Shown here in pieces: positions 1-12,379 of a DNA stretch of 51,569 nucleotides; position 1 is the first letter of the stretch, and every line of letters begins with the position of its first letter. The position numbers and the translations under genes were made by a program. The stretch spans positions 1 through 51,569 of the forward strand of contig MU271510.1 of NCBI GenBank assembly GCA_021432655.1. The letters run 5' to 3'. The notes beneath the pieces are model-generated. The model saw nothing but the letters and a program-made list of their open reading frames with translations. It was not told the DNA's origin and ran no database searches. This DNA is from Atractiella rhizophila. Lineage: Eukaryota.

Positions 1-467
1 AAAATCTGAAAGAGTGTCTCGAAGAGGATGGAAGATGTCAACTGCCACAACAGAATAGGTTGAGCTCTACAGCCTGTAGAACGGGCTCATAAAACCAGGA
101 AGGTTGAATATTGAAGCTGCAGCGTTGTACAGAGTATTATCAGCCGTTTATGTGGCTAGTAGAGACACCGAGGTCTTTACTTTAAGGTGACTCTGCACGT
201 GAGAATCCCCAAAACAAGCTCGCGAACTTCCTGTCTTTCCAAGTTCTGGCAGCCACGGCGTGATTCATGAGTGTTCGGATCCTTTGTGAAGGGTTGCGCT
301 GTCGGTGAACAAGCTAGAGCACAGTATATGCCGAGACAGATTGGGAAAGTATGATATATTCCGCGAGACGAGGGACAACCTGCTCTGTATCATACAGACT
401 CCTGCAATGCAAGACGGCCAAATGCAGTAGAGGGGACAATGATGAATCAACATTAACGTATGTGTGT

Positions 468-1352
468 CTACGAGCTCTTTCTCCTTGCCTTCCTCTCCTT
501 CTTCCTCTCCTCCTTCTCCAACGCTTCCTCAACCCTCTTATTAAACTCTTTCAATTCGCTCTTCCTCTCCTCGACAACAGCTTCAAACTTTGGTTGAAGC
601 TTTTCAATCTTCTCCTGTAGGGACGATAGCTGATCTCGACGTAGCGTCATTGCGCGATAAGTTAGTGAGTGGATGTAAGAGCCGTATATGGATGCGAGGG
701 TGTTGGGTGTTGTGGAATGTCCTTGTGCGGAGAGAAGAAGGAGAAGACGTTGGGAAAGTGTGTGAATCGCCGGTATTCTGATATTACGACGTCAATAGCA
801 ACTCTTGCTCGCAAAACAGAACAAACTCACTCTTGCATCTTCCACATCAACTCTAAACTCGGTAACCCCTCTCTGATTGCCATGTAACTATCAATACGCG
901 GGATCGTCTGAGCAGAGGGTAGAGAAACGCACCTAATATCTACAGAATAAGCACCTAAAACCTCCTCTCTCAATTTCTGGGCCACATCCCAAACCTCCGG
1001 CGCATTGTTCTCAAAGCCCCTCAACCAAGTCCAATATTCTACTCAGAGCGACGCATCATAACCCTCAATTACAACCCATTCCAGTAAAGAAGAAAGCAAA
1101 GGAGAACGCACCTGTCTCCGGCCGTCCTTTCGAGACAAGCATGGCCTTCCTCTTCGCCAACATCTTTTGCAACTGTGCTCTCTGACGATGTGTCATTCTT
1201 GGGGGAGTGACGGCAGAAGTCGCATTGCTATCTCCCTCCGCTGTAAGGGGAGCAGTTGACGTCGCCATTGGAGCTGGGATGATGGGTCCATCGATTGATG
1301 TGGCGAGACGAGGGACGGAAGTGTGCAAACGACGAGTTGCGAGTCGGAGCAT
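468..1352 (-). CDS. Hypothetical protein with a probable mitochondrial presequence (spliced)
   Basis: ORFs 1065-1352, 827-1024 and 468-650 appear to be exons of one gene; the last junction reads in frame (KMQE|IPAIHTLSQ...MTLRRDQ). The N-terminus MLRLATRRLHTSVPRL is Arg-rich and lacks acidic residues; the C-terminus is a charged coiled coil. Confidence 0.65.
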
Positions 1353-1822
1353 GCTGGAATGGAGTGCAATAGAGACAGCGGGAAGAAGTTTCGTCTAGAT
1401 GTAAATTGGGTGTAGATGGGAGTAGAGAGTGCCTGGTTCGTTTAGAGGGCGTGACGCAAATTACAGAAAGAATGTCGCAAGGGCCGAACTGTGACCCCTT
1501 TCCTCTTTTGGATGGAGTAAACAAGCTCTACTGCGGGTGGACAAGCAAAAGAAACTTTATAATCTCAGCTCCTTGTCAGTAATTTTTATGATACTAAACA
1601 ATCTCTCTCACGACACCTGACTTACAACACATTGGTGCGTTTGGCTCGTCGGAATACTCAAGGTTGCAAGAGAGGAAGCTGTGCATAACATTACACGACC
1701 TAAATTTCAAGCACAATACTGCCAACAGGAACAAGACCAGACGAAAGCGAATGCAGTTACAGACTACGACACCAAAGCACAATCATAGACAACGAAATCT
1801 GGTATAAGCATTGAAAGGGAGA

Positions 1823-4800
1823 TTAACTTGCGTCGCCAGTTGAAGTTGTTGTGGAGGACGAAGATGCAGTGGAGATGGCAGAAGAGGTTGAGGTTGTTGC
1901 GGTCATGATGTTTGTAATGGATCGAGGGGAGAAAGACCATATCCTAATTTTTTGGTCGTCAGACCCTGTTCCAACCTTCATCAGCGCTTGCGTCCTGCTA
2001 ACAGAAGGGAATGCATACCAGTGACGATTTTATCGTCCGCCAGGTGGGAACATGTAACTGCAGCGGTGTGCCCGACCAGAGTGTGCACTGGCTTCCGCAT
2101 ATCCATATCCCAAATCTTCACAGTCCTGTCCTGACTACCGCTCACCAATCTGAGTCGATCGACATCGACGCTCCACACTCCTTCAATGTGTCCAAAGAGC
2201 GTCTTTTCGCATCGACCTTCTTCCACGTTCCATATCTTGATGGTATTATCGAGACCTGCAGAAACTACTTTTGGTTTGGGACCGAAAGGGGAAATAGGCA
2301 GGGGAGAATGGCGCCGCGGTGACGGCGTTCGACGAGGACGAGCAGAAGAAGGGTTGTTGTTGGCCGTACAGCGGGAAGCAGGTGTCGTTGCCGGTTGAGA
2401 TGGTGGGAGGAAAATGAGCGGTCTGGAGCAGGCACTGCCATCAGGAACATTGAAAAGGTCGTCCTCCCCTTCATCCTCGCCTTCAGTCTCCATCTCGTCC
2501 TTCTTTCGCTCAGGGATAACTTTCGTTCTTTCTTCTTCCTCATCCGGGTTATAACTGAACACCTTGATATCCTGAACCTGCGCAACATGGCCCTCCAGTT
2601 TCCTAATGCACTCCTTCGTCTTCAAGTCCCACACACGAATCGTCCCATCATCACTAGCCGAGAAGAGCAACTTTCCCGCGAGAGCATCATCCGCCTTCTC
2701 CTTCTCCGCTCCAGCCCCATTCGCACCTACACCACCACACCCCTTCGCATTCGAATTGCTGTTCCAAATCCTCACCGAGTTTACCCATTCAGTGTGACCT
2801 CTCAAAACGAAGCAGTCGCCAGTAGCGAAATTCCAAATTCTGATCGTACTATCGGCGCTACCAGAAGCGAGGATCTCATCATCGAAACAACAACTGATCA
2901 CACCCTCTCTATGACCCTCGAGCGTGCGAATACACTCTCCCGTCCTCCAATTCCAGATCTTGAGAGTCGAATCCATGCTCGCAGTGATGAGCTTGACGCC
3001 ATCAAACTGCAACGCACGAATTCCCCTCGTATGTCCTTTGAGGACCTTCAGACATTCTCCCGTCTCAAGATTCCAAATCCGCACAGTTCGATCCCAGCCA
3101 CCTGACATGAGGATGGGAAAGTTTGGATGGGTGAGACCTTCTTCGACTTGAAGACAGGTGATCGCATTAGTGTGCCCGTTCAGGACCTGAACGCTACAAT
3201 GTCCGCTTCGCCAATTCCGCTCTATCCCCAATCGCTCGCTGTAGACCGACTTCCAAGGTCGCGTTAGAGAGTCGGAAGACGAAAGAGAAGAGGTTGGAAC
3301 TGGATGTGGACGGGAGAAGGAGGAGACAGGGGAAGAGGGACGCGAGGAATTTGGGGTGACGTTCGAAGGGGAGGAAAGGTCGGAATAACCGTCGTCAATG
3401 CGTGGACGTTTCAGTGGGCGTGCTACGTCGATTGCTGATGCAGCTATCGGCGGAGAGATGGAGAGGTTCGCTAAATTGGAACCCACGATTCCGGCGTGAA
3501 GAGGAGGGAGGAGGCTGGATCGAACTTTCTCAGTGAGGGTTTTTCGCATCCTCTCCCTCTCCCTCCTCCGTTTCTCCAGCAGCGGAAGTCCCCATCCACA
3601 TTTGACGCATCGCTTCTCGATGTGTTGTTCGCAAATAAAACGCCAGAGCACATCGTCGTCCGCCAGCGCTCTCCACATCCGATTCACCTGCGCTGCCCGA
3701 CATAAGCTCAGATGATCGAGGTACCCGAGGACCTTGAGGGACAACTCTCGAGGAAGGAGATCGAACGGATCTCCGATGCGTGTTTCGAGTGGAAGTTGGG
3801 TAGAGAGGAAGGAGAGTTGGGAGGGACAACAGATGGTGAGGATGCCGGAAAGGATGATGGTGCGATGATGACGGGGAGATGACGAGAAGAGGGACCAGAT
3901 GTTCGTTATCCGTTGTTGGGCTTCGGAAGGAAGGTTGTCAATCGACTGGAGAAGGTGAAACGATGACAGTCAGTAACGTTCTAATGGCGACTGATGGTGT
4001 TATTTGCTCTGGGCAATCACCGATATGTAACGGTGTAAGTTCGCACAAAAAGCGGAGTCTCGTTTGTCCGGGGTAATATTGCGCAATGCCCCAGAATCAA
4101 GGCGCCTTTCGCTCATTGATTACGATTTCAGACTCGGCTAAGGAGTTGCCCAACTGGCAACGAGAAGACAGGAGCAGAACCATAGAGGAACGCGACAACG
4201 AGGGGTTGCTCTAGTTCCTGATTGCGTCATTGAGCAATGGCCATTGGCCAACCGAGTCAGACTCCCTCGATTTGAACCATGGCGGGCAACTGCTGTGGCA
4301 GTTACCAGTAAACGGCAAGATAATGGGCAGAAGGAAGGATGCAGACGACCTGCTTTCGTCCCAAGCTTCACACCAATATCAACCTCGCAGATGAACCTAA
4401 CCTTATCTCTTTGAACAATCGGAGGAGCAAAGGGGAACGCCACTCTGGGACGTCAACACAGTTGAGAATCCAGAATGATCGAAAAAGAAGGACCCCCGTT
4501 TCATCAAAGACTGATGGCTATGGCTTTGGGAATGGTGCGGTATGGTGCAATGTGCAATTCGCCTTAGCAAGTCGACTTCTGGGCGGCGCAGTAGCAGTTG
4601 ATTGCCCAGACGACTGACTGCGTTATCAGAATATGCCCAGTCATCCCGATCTTCCGGCCACGAAGTAGCAGGAAGAGACTGCACCAACAAATGATCTCAG
4701 GCGAAGATGCAAAGTAGAAACACGAAAGCGAGGAGATAGTTCCCCGCACCCCAAGCTGTTTGTTACACACAACCAGAAATGCATTCAAGCTCACCTTTTG

Positions 4801-5106
4801 CAATTGACCCCTGAGACCCTTATCCGCCATCCGTTGATGTCTGCCACATAGCCTCCTACAGTCTCCACCGGGGGTTCCCTCTGGCACTTGTCCATCCTTG
4901 TTGACTGGCACCTTGCTCTCCTCGACCTCCATGATCATGTCCACATCTCCGTTCAGATTAGGGCTTGTTGGACTCGGCAGGGGCGGACTCGAGACCTTTG
5001 GGGTTTCAGGATAGAAGGGGAGGAAAGAGGTGCTTGGGAAGTCGAGGGGCGAGAAGAGGGCAGGCGACAGCGCTGGTACGCCCGCCAATGAGGAAGTTTT
5101 GAGCAT
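1823..5106 (-). CDS. MET30: F-box/WD40 sulfur controller (MET30/SCON-2/SconB family)
   Basis: Exon 1 ends CRRLCGRHQRMADKGLRGQLQK; exon 2 starts SIDNLPSEAQQRITNIWSLF. The F-box (LLPRELSLKVLGYLD...LCRAAQV) is followed by the family motif CEQHIEKRCVKCGWGLPLL and multiple WD40 repeats. Introns at 3946-4794 and ~1967-2019; stop at 1823. Confidence 0.9.
3946..4794 (-). other. Unusually long intron (849 nt) in the MET30 homologue
   Basis: GTGAGC donor at 4794 and CAG acceptor at 3946 join QLQK|SIDNLP in frame. Confidence 0.8.
4078..4551. promoter_or_regulatory. Cluster of bZIP (CYS-3/MetR- or C/EBP-like) 10-mers in the MET30 intron
   Basis: ATTGCGCAAT (4078-4087, perfect palindrome), ATTGCGTCAT (4221-4230) overlapping ATTGAGCAAT (4229-4238), and ATGGTGCAAT (4542-4551). 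Confidence 0.5.
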
Positions 5107-5691
5107 GTCGAGTGAGTATGGGTGTGGGAATCCAGTGCTGATGGTTGGCTATGAAGACGGGTGGCGGGAGAGGGCGGGCGAAGGGCGAAGGCTTTATAGG
5201 CGCTGAGAAGGTAAGCTGATGGTAAACCTCGAGCACAGATGGCGAAATCAAGGCGAAATACCTCTGACGGAATGCCGCGGAGCCGGCGGTCGGATTATGG
5301 GGAAAGACACAAAATTGAAAAGCTTGCTAGTAGATAAAGAATACGTATCCTATCTGGTGAGCCTTCCCAACCGTTTTGCAGCTTCGATACCCTTTATATA
5401 TTCGTCCAAAAAGCTTCTGAGGACAATGGTCTCCATGACCAGACCGTGTTGCAGCCTGTCCAGTTTGGAGTTATCCCTCCAGACTCCTCCCCTTCTGGGC
5501 TGTTAGTAAAACTAGTGGATGCGTGGATGCAGGAGGAGTAGGAGAGTGCTTCAAACAGTTTTCAAAGTCTGAACAGTTCAGTATGTTGCTCATCTAGTGG
5601 ATATATTCTCATTCAGCATCTTATGATTTGTCTAACTACACTGCATCTCGTTTCAACAAATGTGCAACCATTTCAGAATTTCAGAAAGATA

Positions 5692-6640
5692 TCAAAGCAA
5701 ACCATTCTCGGACGTCATTCCAAAGATACTTTGAAATATCGCCCATTCCTGTTTCTGCGATTCTTTGAGTTGCCCTCCATATGCTTGCTTGAATGTTCTG
5801 GCAAAATCATCGAAGACTTTCTGCCAGTCAACCTGGCCAGAATAATCGTCGATGCAGCGTCGCAACTCCAGCAAATTCTCTCCAAGACTGGACATCCTTT
5901 CAGCTAACCTGATGACATCTTCGATGTCCTTCATTTCTTTCGCTGCTCTGCGAACAACAACGAGGTGTGGGGATGTCTCGGTGTTCCGTGACCTTCGCTT
6001 GGGGGCACTGACCACCTTTTGAAGGAGCAAAAGCGGTGGCTTTGCAAAGAACACCGGGACCTCGGCCAACTCAACGCGGCCAACGAAGTTGGCAAAAAGA
6101 GCGGCTTGGAGACGAAGATCAAAAGTGAGAGGCTCGTGTGGCAGGAAATTTGGCAGTTGTTGCAGATTGTTCGAGAACTCCTGGGCGTCGAGACGTAACT
6201 GTTGCACAACACTAGTATCTATGAGTAGGGTGTCCTTACGCTTCGGCAAGGTTTGGATGAACTTGGTGATTCCAAGGCGTTCCTTGACCGGCCCCTTCTT
6301 CCCCAATTTTTTGTACGCGTGAAACTTCGTTTCTATCTCGCTGACTTGGGGAGGGAGAGTCTTGAAATCCAGTGCTTGGAAGTGCGTTGCCAGCTCTGCA
6401 GCTGCCTGAAGCTCAAGCTGTGCATCAGCATCCTATGAAGGTCACAGTGTCAATTCTCCTTCTGCAATTGGGAAGCATGCCTACATTCGTTTTTCGCGTC
6501 AGACCGTTCAGAACCATTGCCGTGCCGCCTGTGATAAAGTAGCGAATTTTGTTCTGATGGCATATGAGAGCAACAAGGTAGGATATGTACTGTGACTCCG
6601 CGTTAATGATGGAGTTTAGTTGGACTGTGAGGGAAGACAT
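5692..6640 (-). CDS. AbiEii/DUF1814-like Pol-beta superfamily nucleotidyltransferase (~298 aa, 2 exons)
   Basis: Removing the 52-nt GT-AG intron 6433-6484 gives FITGGTAMVLNGLTRKTN|DADAQL (GG-x-A...R-x-T-x-D-x-D). The C-terminal LLLLQKVVSAPKR...KDIEDVIRL matches the K...R...KD-x-x-D motif of this family. Confidence 0.75.
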
Positions 6641-7152
6641 CCTGATTTACAGCTGTCGAGTTCTTAGGATATATAGGGCTTGACGGAATATTCAGAGAGC
6701 TCAAAATGTGTTTATAAGACACTCTGGCACAAAGGAACTGAATCATACTTTGACTGAAGCCTCTGGTCAGGACTCTGACAAGGACGCCTTGTTTTCTGTG
6801 ATGCCATAAGGATTTCCTTTCTGAACATAGGTATTGGGTGGCAAAGGAGGAGGAGAGGAGTTTAACAACAGAGTTGCTCCCTTTGTGAAATATAGGGATA
6901 CCTTTGTTGTCCTTCAGCTCAGTTAGACGCCCTTATTATCAGATCCTTCTCTCCTTTCTCTACCTAAACACTACTAAAGCACCATTCTTGCGTTGCAGCT
7001 AGTTCCCAATTGTCGACCGTTACCAATCAGCACGATTGTTCCTAGACTCATGTGCGTCCCTTTCCCGCTAACACTGATGACGTTCAGCTGACGATGAGGC
7101 ACAGCTTTCTCATTGTCCTGCACCGCTATTCCTACTGCTGCCCTTCTACGCT

Positions 7153-7974
7153 ATGGACCCACAGTGGAACAGGCTTCTACCTGAAGCCCTTGAAGAAGAG
7201 GAGGCGAGTGAGCCTAATGAAGAGGAAGACATGACCCCAAAAATGGACTACTATTCTCAACGAGAACAAAGACAGTCTCTCGAACCCGCTCGAGTGATAG
7301 CTGCTTCCGGTATTAAACCTGTTCTGGTGTTCATGGAGCATGCTTTGGCATATGCGCACTTCGTTCCAACGGCGACCTTCGATCTTTATTTGCTGATACC
7401 GGATCAAATGTTGTCTGATGCTGCTGACGCATTGAGAGCTTCGAATTTACCTCTCATCGAAGTTGGTTGCGAGGATCGCACGATTATTCGGAAAGATTTG
7501 ATTATCGTAGACGATGGTGTGCCACGACCTATTCGTTTCCAGCGTACGGATGGAAAACTTCCGCCTTGGATCTGCTTGATACCATCCTCTGCCTTCAAGT
7601 TTGAGTTGTCCTCAGAGACCATGATGAAGATCGCCTGTTGCGAAAAGGATGACGGGGTCTACTTTCCAACGTTTGCCGCATTCTTCGATTCGATGATTTC
7701 TAGCCAATATCTTGAAGACACCAACTATTACGCAGTACAACATAAACATCAGATCAGGGACATGATTAACTACTTCTTGCTTTACTATGCGCGCGAGCTA
7801 TGTGAAGATACGGACAACTTCAGGGCTGCCGTGAAACCAGAAAGCGCCCAGTTCATGTGTGATCTATTGCAGAGGGAAATGAGAAGAATTGAAGCAAGTT
7901 CATCACAAGCAGACAACCTATCAGGACCTCATCTTCAAAAGTCGATACGACACTATCACAGTGAGAACCAGTAG
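7153..7974 (+). CDS. Hypothetical protein, probable degenerate nucleotidyltransferase fold (273 aa)
   Basis: Single clean ORF. The motif VFMEHALAYAHFVPTATFDLYLLIPD..LSDAADAL resembles the NTase strand-helix motif but has D-x-Y instead of D-x-D. Confidence 0.6.
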   Translation: MDPQWNRLLPEALEEEEASEPNEEEDMTPKMDYYSQREQRQSLEPARVIAASGIKPVLVFMEHALAYAHFVPTATFDLYLLIPDQMLSDAADALRASNLPLIEVGCEDRTIIRKDLIIVDDGVPRPIRFQRTDGKLPPWICLIPSSAFKFELSSETMMKIACCEKDDGVYFPTFAAFFDSMISSQYLEDTNYYAVQHKHQIRDMINYFLLYYARELCEDTDNFRAAVKPESAQFMCDLLQREMRRIEASSSQADNLSGPHLQKSIRHYHSENQ

Positions 7975-8303
7975 TATGCAACAAGACGGATGATTTTACT
8001 AAGCCCTTGAATTAGCTTTTCCTCCTTTTCCTGGCACTGAGTGGAAAGGGCAAATACCGAGTGCGATCGCTCACTTGTGTTTTCCTTTTACTCACTTCTC
8101 TTAGGGTCGCTGTGCTCTCTTCATCTATGTCACAATAGACCTGGAACAATGCCAGTACCTGTACGAAGGGTTCAAACCAGATGCAGTCGCGTATCCTTCA
8201 TGCAACAGTCTAGATTATTTCCTTTATTTGTTCGAAATGCCACCATATTCGTGAAATAGTATTATTCTCTCTTCTCTTTACTAGTAGGTGAACACTGCTC
8301 CGC

Positions 8304-11300
8304 TCAAGTTCTGTTCGATCCACCCAACCGCACTCCGAACAATGCAGCCATATCAGCAACTCTGTTGCGGTCGCGATTGCCTGATGCTCCTCTTTTGCCA
8401 TCAAATGCCTGCCTAGTCTTCAGATACCGGTTCCAAAAATAATGGAGGTACCCACTTGAGATACAAGCTCTTCTTTCTGCTTCTGGATGTCGAGGACCTA
8501 TTAAGAGTTTCAGAGACGAGAAATATTGCTGCTGGAAATGGTTTTAACTTGCCTTGTCCTCCACGGTGTTCTCGGCTACCATCTGAATGACGCGAACGGG
8601 CTTTGTTTGGCCAATTCGATAAACACGATCTGTAATCATAATGAGATCAAATCGACGGAATTCTAGACCATACCGATAGCCTGCTGCTCGATGGCGGACT
8701 GCCACCACGGATCGAGAAGCACCACTTGACTGGCAGCTGTGAGATTAAGACCTTTATCGAGCATCAAAAATAGGGAGTCCTCTTAACCGAAATTCTCACC
8801 GACTGCCCCTGCCTTTAAGGAGATGAGCATGACAGTCGGCGGCCCATTATCAATGGCACGATGCTTTCCACTTCTCGTTGCGAAGCCGAGACTATCAATC
8901 AAGTCCTCTGCTTTGGCTGAAAATTCGGCAATGACCTTTTCCCTTTTCTTTTGCGACATCGCACCGTCGAGCCTACATGTGGAGATGCCAGACTCCTCGA
9001 GAGCCATTTCAACCTACAGAAGCGTGAGAAAGAACGTCTACACTGAGGGGGTTGGGATTACGAACACGATTCAAATGGCTCGTCCATTGAGAAAACACCT
9101 TGTAAAGAAAGTCAGCCTGCTCAGGACACACCAAATTCTACTCACGAGTGTCTTGACTCCTTCTTCTGTATTTCGAAGGAACTCGATAAGCTTCTTCGTC
9201 TTTGCAGAATACACACCGCCTCCAGCATCTTTCTCTTTCTGCAATTCATTGAAATCGCCTTCGTCATCCTCCTTGATGTTAGGAGGTGGTAAATCGATAA
9301 GCTGACGAGCAGAAAGGTTCCCACGATCCATTGGACACTCCGGCTTGATTGATAGCGCTTCGAGGATGCAGGTTTTACAATAGACCTGTGTCTATGTGTT
9401 AGCAAGGGATAATCAGAGCAACTGACAACCGACATGTTTACATGGCTATGCATGCTCATATTAGTAAGATTAATGGCAAAATATGGCCAAAACCTTACTG
9501 TGATGACCGGATTAGTACAGCTATCGTAGCAAACCGCGCACTCGTCTTGATCCTCTACGAACCTCTCCAACACCGCCTGCAGCTCTTTAATCTTGTCCGG
9601 GTCGAGATTGACCATCACTCCTTCCTCTCCACCAACACCACGAGCATTCAATCCAATACGATTCTGCCTCACATCTTCTATGAAACTTTGGGGACATAGT
9701 ACAGGATCGCAGGCAATCTGGCGCAGACGAAGGAGAAAGGTGAGCACGGAAGTGTAGTGTCGATTAGCTTCTCCGCGTGCCACCAACTCTCGGAACGCCT
9801 CCGAGACAGCAAAGTCGACTTCATCATATAGAGCTCGAGTCATCGCATCCAATTTGACGCGGTCGGTGAGGAAAGTGAGCTCGGGTAGAGGGACGAGGGT
9901 CTTCCCATGTTTGTCTTTCATGTCTTTCGTGCTAGTAACATTCCCCATCACAACCAAGATAAAATGACGGAAGCTTGAATACGCACCGTCGCAGGGTTGT
10001 CGAGCGCACAATAGCCTCCAATGAATTTCAGTATAAATAAGAGCCTAGGCGAGCAACCGACCTTCAACATCTTGCCGCCTTCCTCTGGAGACCTCTTGAC
10101 TACTTTATCGACAAGCGTAGACCTGCACGACTTCAGGCAAGCCAATGAGGAATCGAGGTCAATAACGAACCAGTCTTCTTTCTTATCCAATGGCTTGCAC
10201 ATCTTCAAGAACTGCATCATGCTCCCCAAGTCCCCAGCATTGTTCACGATTGGAGTGCCAGTTAAAATCCATCTTCGTCTACAAACCACCTTGCACGTCA
10301 ATAAGGGTTAGAGGGAGTAATGAGGAGTACGTACTCGGCGGTGAGTCCAGCACAAGCTTTGCTCATTTTTGCTTTACGATTCTTGATCGTATGCGCCCAT
10401 TCGTATCATGAGCATAATAAACGAGGAGGAAGACAGAGAATTCACTTGAGCTGGTCAGTCCAGTTCGAAAGCACGGACAGAGGACAGCAAATTAGCGTCT
10501 ATAGAGATATCATCAGAGATTGGAGAAACAGGCAACAAAATGGATGATAGAGCGCACCATGTCATCGAACTTCGCGTCTGGGTCTTCCGGTTTGTCGATC
10601 ACCCCATCTCCGGTGTCATCAGTAGTGATAAGCGCAATGGTGGTGAGTGTTTTGCTATTATCATTCCATCACTCCCGACTCGCCTATAAAGAACGTGAAA
10701 CACACCCGAGTCCCATTTCTGTTGAAAAGTCCCAGTTCAATTTCAGCCATACTTTCACGTAAGCAAACTCACCATCAGCAAGAATGCCGCCCCTGCCCAA
10801 ATACGGCGCATGTCTAGTCATCTCTCGACTTGCAAGGTTGTACCAATATTGCTTTTTTGTTCCATCTTCCCTCGATACCCACAATTGCACCGGTTTGTCC
10901 GCTTCCTTCATTGGAGGTTCCTGAATTTCATCAAACATTGCATTAGCGTCAGCCTTTCGTCTGTTTTCGTAATAAACAACAATTGTACGAACGGGATGTT
11001 CCATCTTGATCATCCAGTACAAACCCTGTTTCTGATACCCCAGCAATGGCGTTTTGACAATCAGCTCGCCTTCATACTCCTTCATGGTGCTCAGGTCCTC
11101 TTCACCAGCAAAGCTAGCAAATAAATCAGTTCCACCTCTCACACCAGTCTGCATGCTAGCCAATATATTATTGAGCTGCTGTCTCCTCAACTCTTCTTGA
11201 CTTGGCCCAGGAGGAGCCTGACGTTGCTGTGACGATGAGGGACCTTGAGAGGAGGAGGGCATGACTTGGGAGGCGGGACGGAAGCGGCTGTTGCTAGGTG

Positions 11301-12142
11301 AAGGATACGAGGGTGTGGTTGGTGGACGGATTGACTTGGGAAGAGCAAAGGCGAAACGTGGATCGAGGAGGAGGGAGCGTTTCCCGTAAATGTGCAGCTG
11401 AACGCCGGTAGTGAAATAGTTGCGCTGGGAAACTATACCTGTATTTAATTTCAGGGAGATGCAGGGAAGGGAAACCAACAATCTGCTTGTCCCTCCAGCT
11501 TTATAGACATAGTGTCTATAAGAGGTGCGAGATTTTTTGCGAGAACGGCAGGTACGTGCCCTGTACAATAGAAGTAACTTGGAGTGAATATGAGCAGTTG
11601 CACAGAAAGGGAGCGTACCAATTTTCAGCGTGTACCCAGGATGGAGGATTTCGATTGCGTTACGATCATATCGATTATGCGGCTCACGTCTAAATGCAAG
11701 ATGTTGCCCCGCGCGCACTTCCCATATGGTCAGCACCAATCTTCATCTTTCCCTTCTCTTTGACGCAAAAGGAAAACGCACTTGATGAAGCACCGCTGTA
11801 GTGTTGCTGCCCAGCGACCTTTGAGTTCAACACCGCCAACAGCTCCTCTCCCTCTTCATCATCTCCCGTCCCATCCTGATCCTCCTCGTCCTCCTCATCT
11901 TCCAGGCCAAGCACCTCTCTCCTAGGCTCAGAATCGTCATCCAGAAGAATGACTCCGTCGACCTCCCTCGTTCGCTTCTTTAGACCACTGCTTTGTGAGA
12001 GGTTCTTTAGTGCATTTGGAGCCTCTAAATCAATAATCTCAGGCGCGGGGTCACGAGACACGCTTCCTGCAGGCGCATAACGCGGTGGAGAGGGAGCTAG
12101 AGGAATGGTGCGTTTGGCAGTGGATTTGGGGACTGCAGACAT
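8304..12142 (-). CDS. HIRAN-SNF2-RING helicase/E3 ligase (HLTF/Rad5-like), multi-exon
   Basis: HIRAN ([24 protein letters not shown]), SNF2 motifs ([42 protein letters not shown]), RING start [14 protein letters not shown], and helicase-C motifs [11 protein letters not shown] and [10 protein letters not shown]. Confidence 0.9.
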
Positions 12143-12379
12143 AAGTTAAGACAGAAAACACGAACATTTAGAAGACAAACTAATGTAATTCCGCTTGGGT
12201 GGCATTTCTGCTGGTAATCCAGTTGTTGAGGAACGAAACCGTCGCGTCCAAAATATTGCCACAACGTGATCAGCCGTTCGGATGTTTGCTTCTGTCCGAA
12301 AGGCAGAAACGAGCCAACGCTGACCACTTTTCGTGACCTGCCTTTGTGATCTTGACTGGGTAAGAAGCAAGCGGAAGAG

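Noticed and set aside
1..460. Short ORFs at the window start
   Set aside because: No supportable gene model; probably UTR or intergenic DNA, or part of a gene outside the window.
2395..3105. 236-aa plus-strand ORF
   Set aside because: Antisense to the MET30 WD40 exon; no independent motifs.
4138..4690. Short ORFs inside the MET30 intron
   Set aside because: No motifs or coding-like composition, and no convincing cassette exon.
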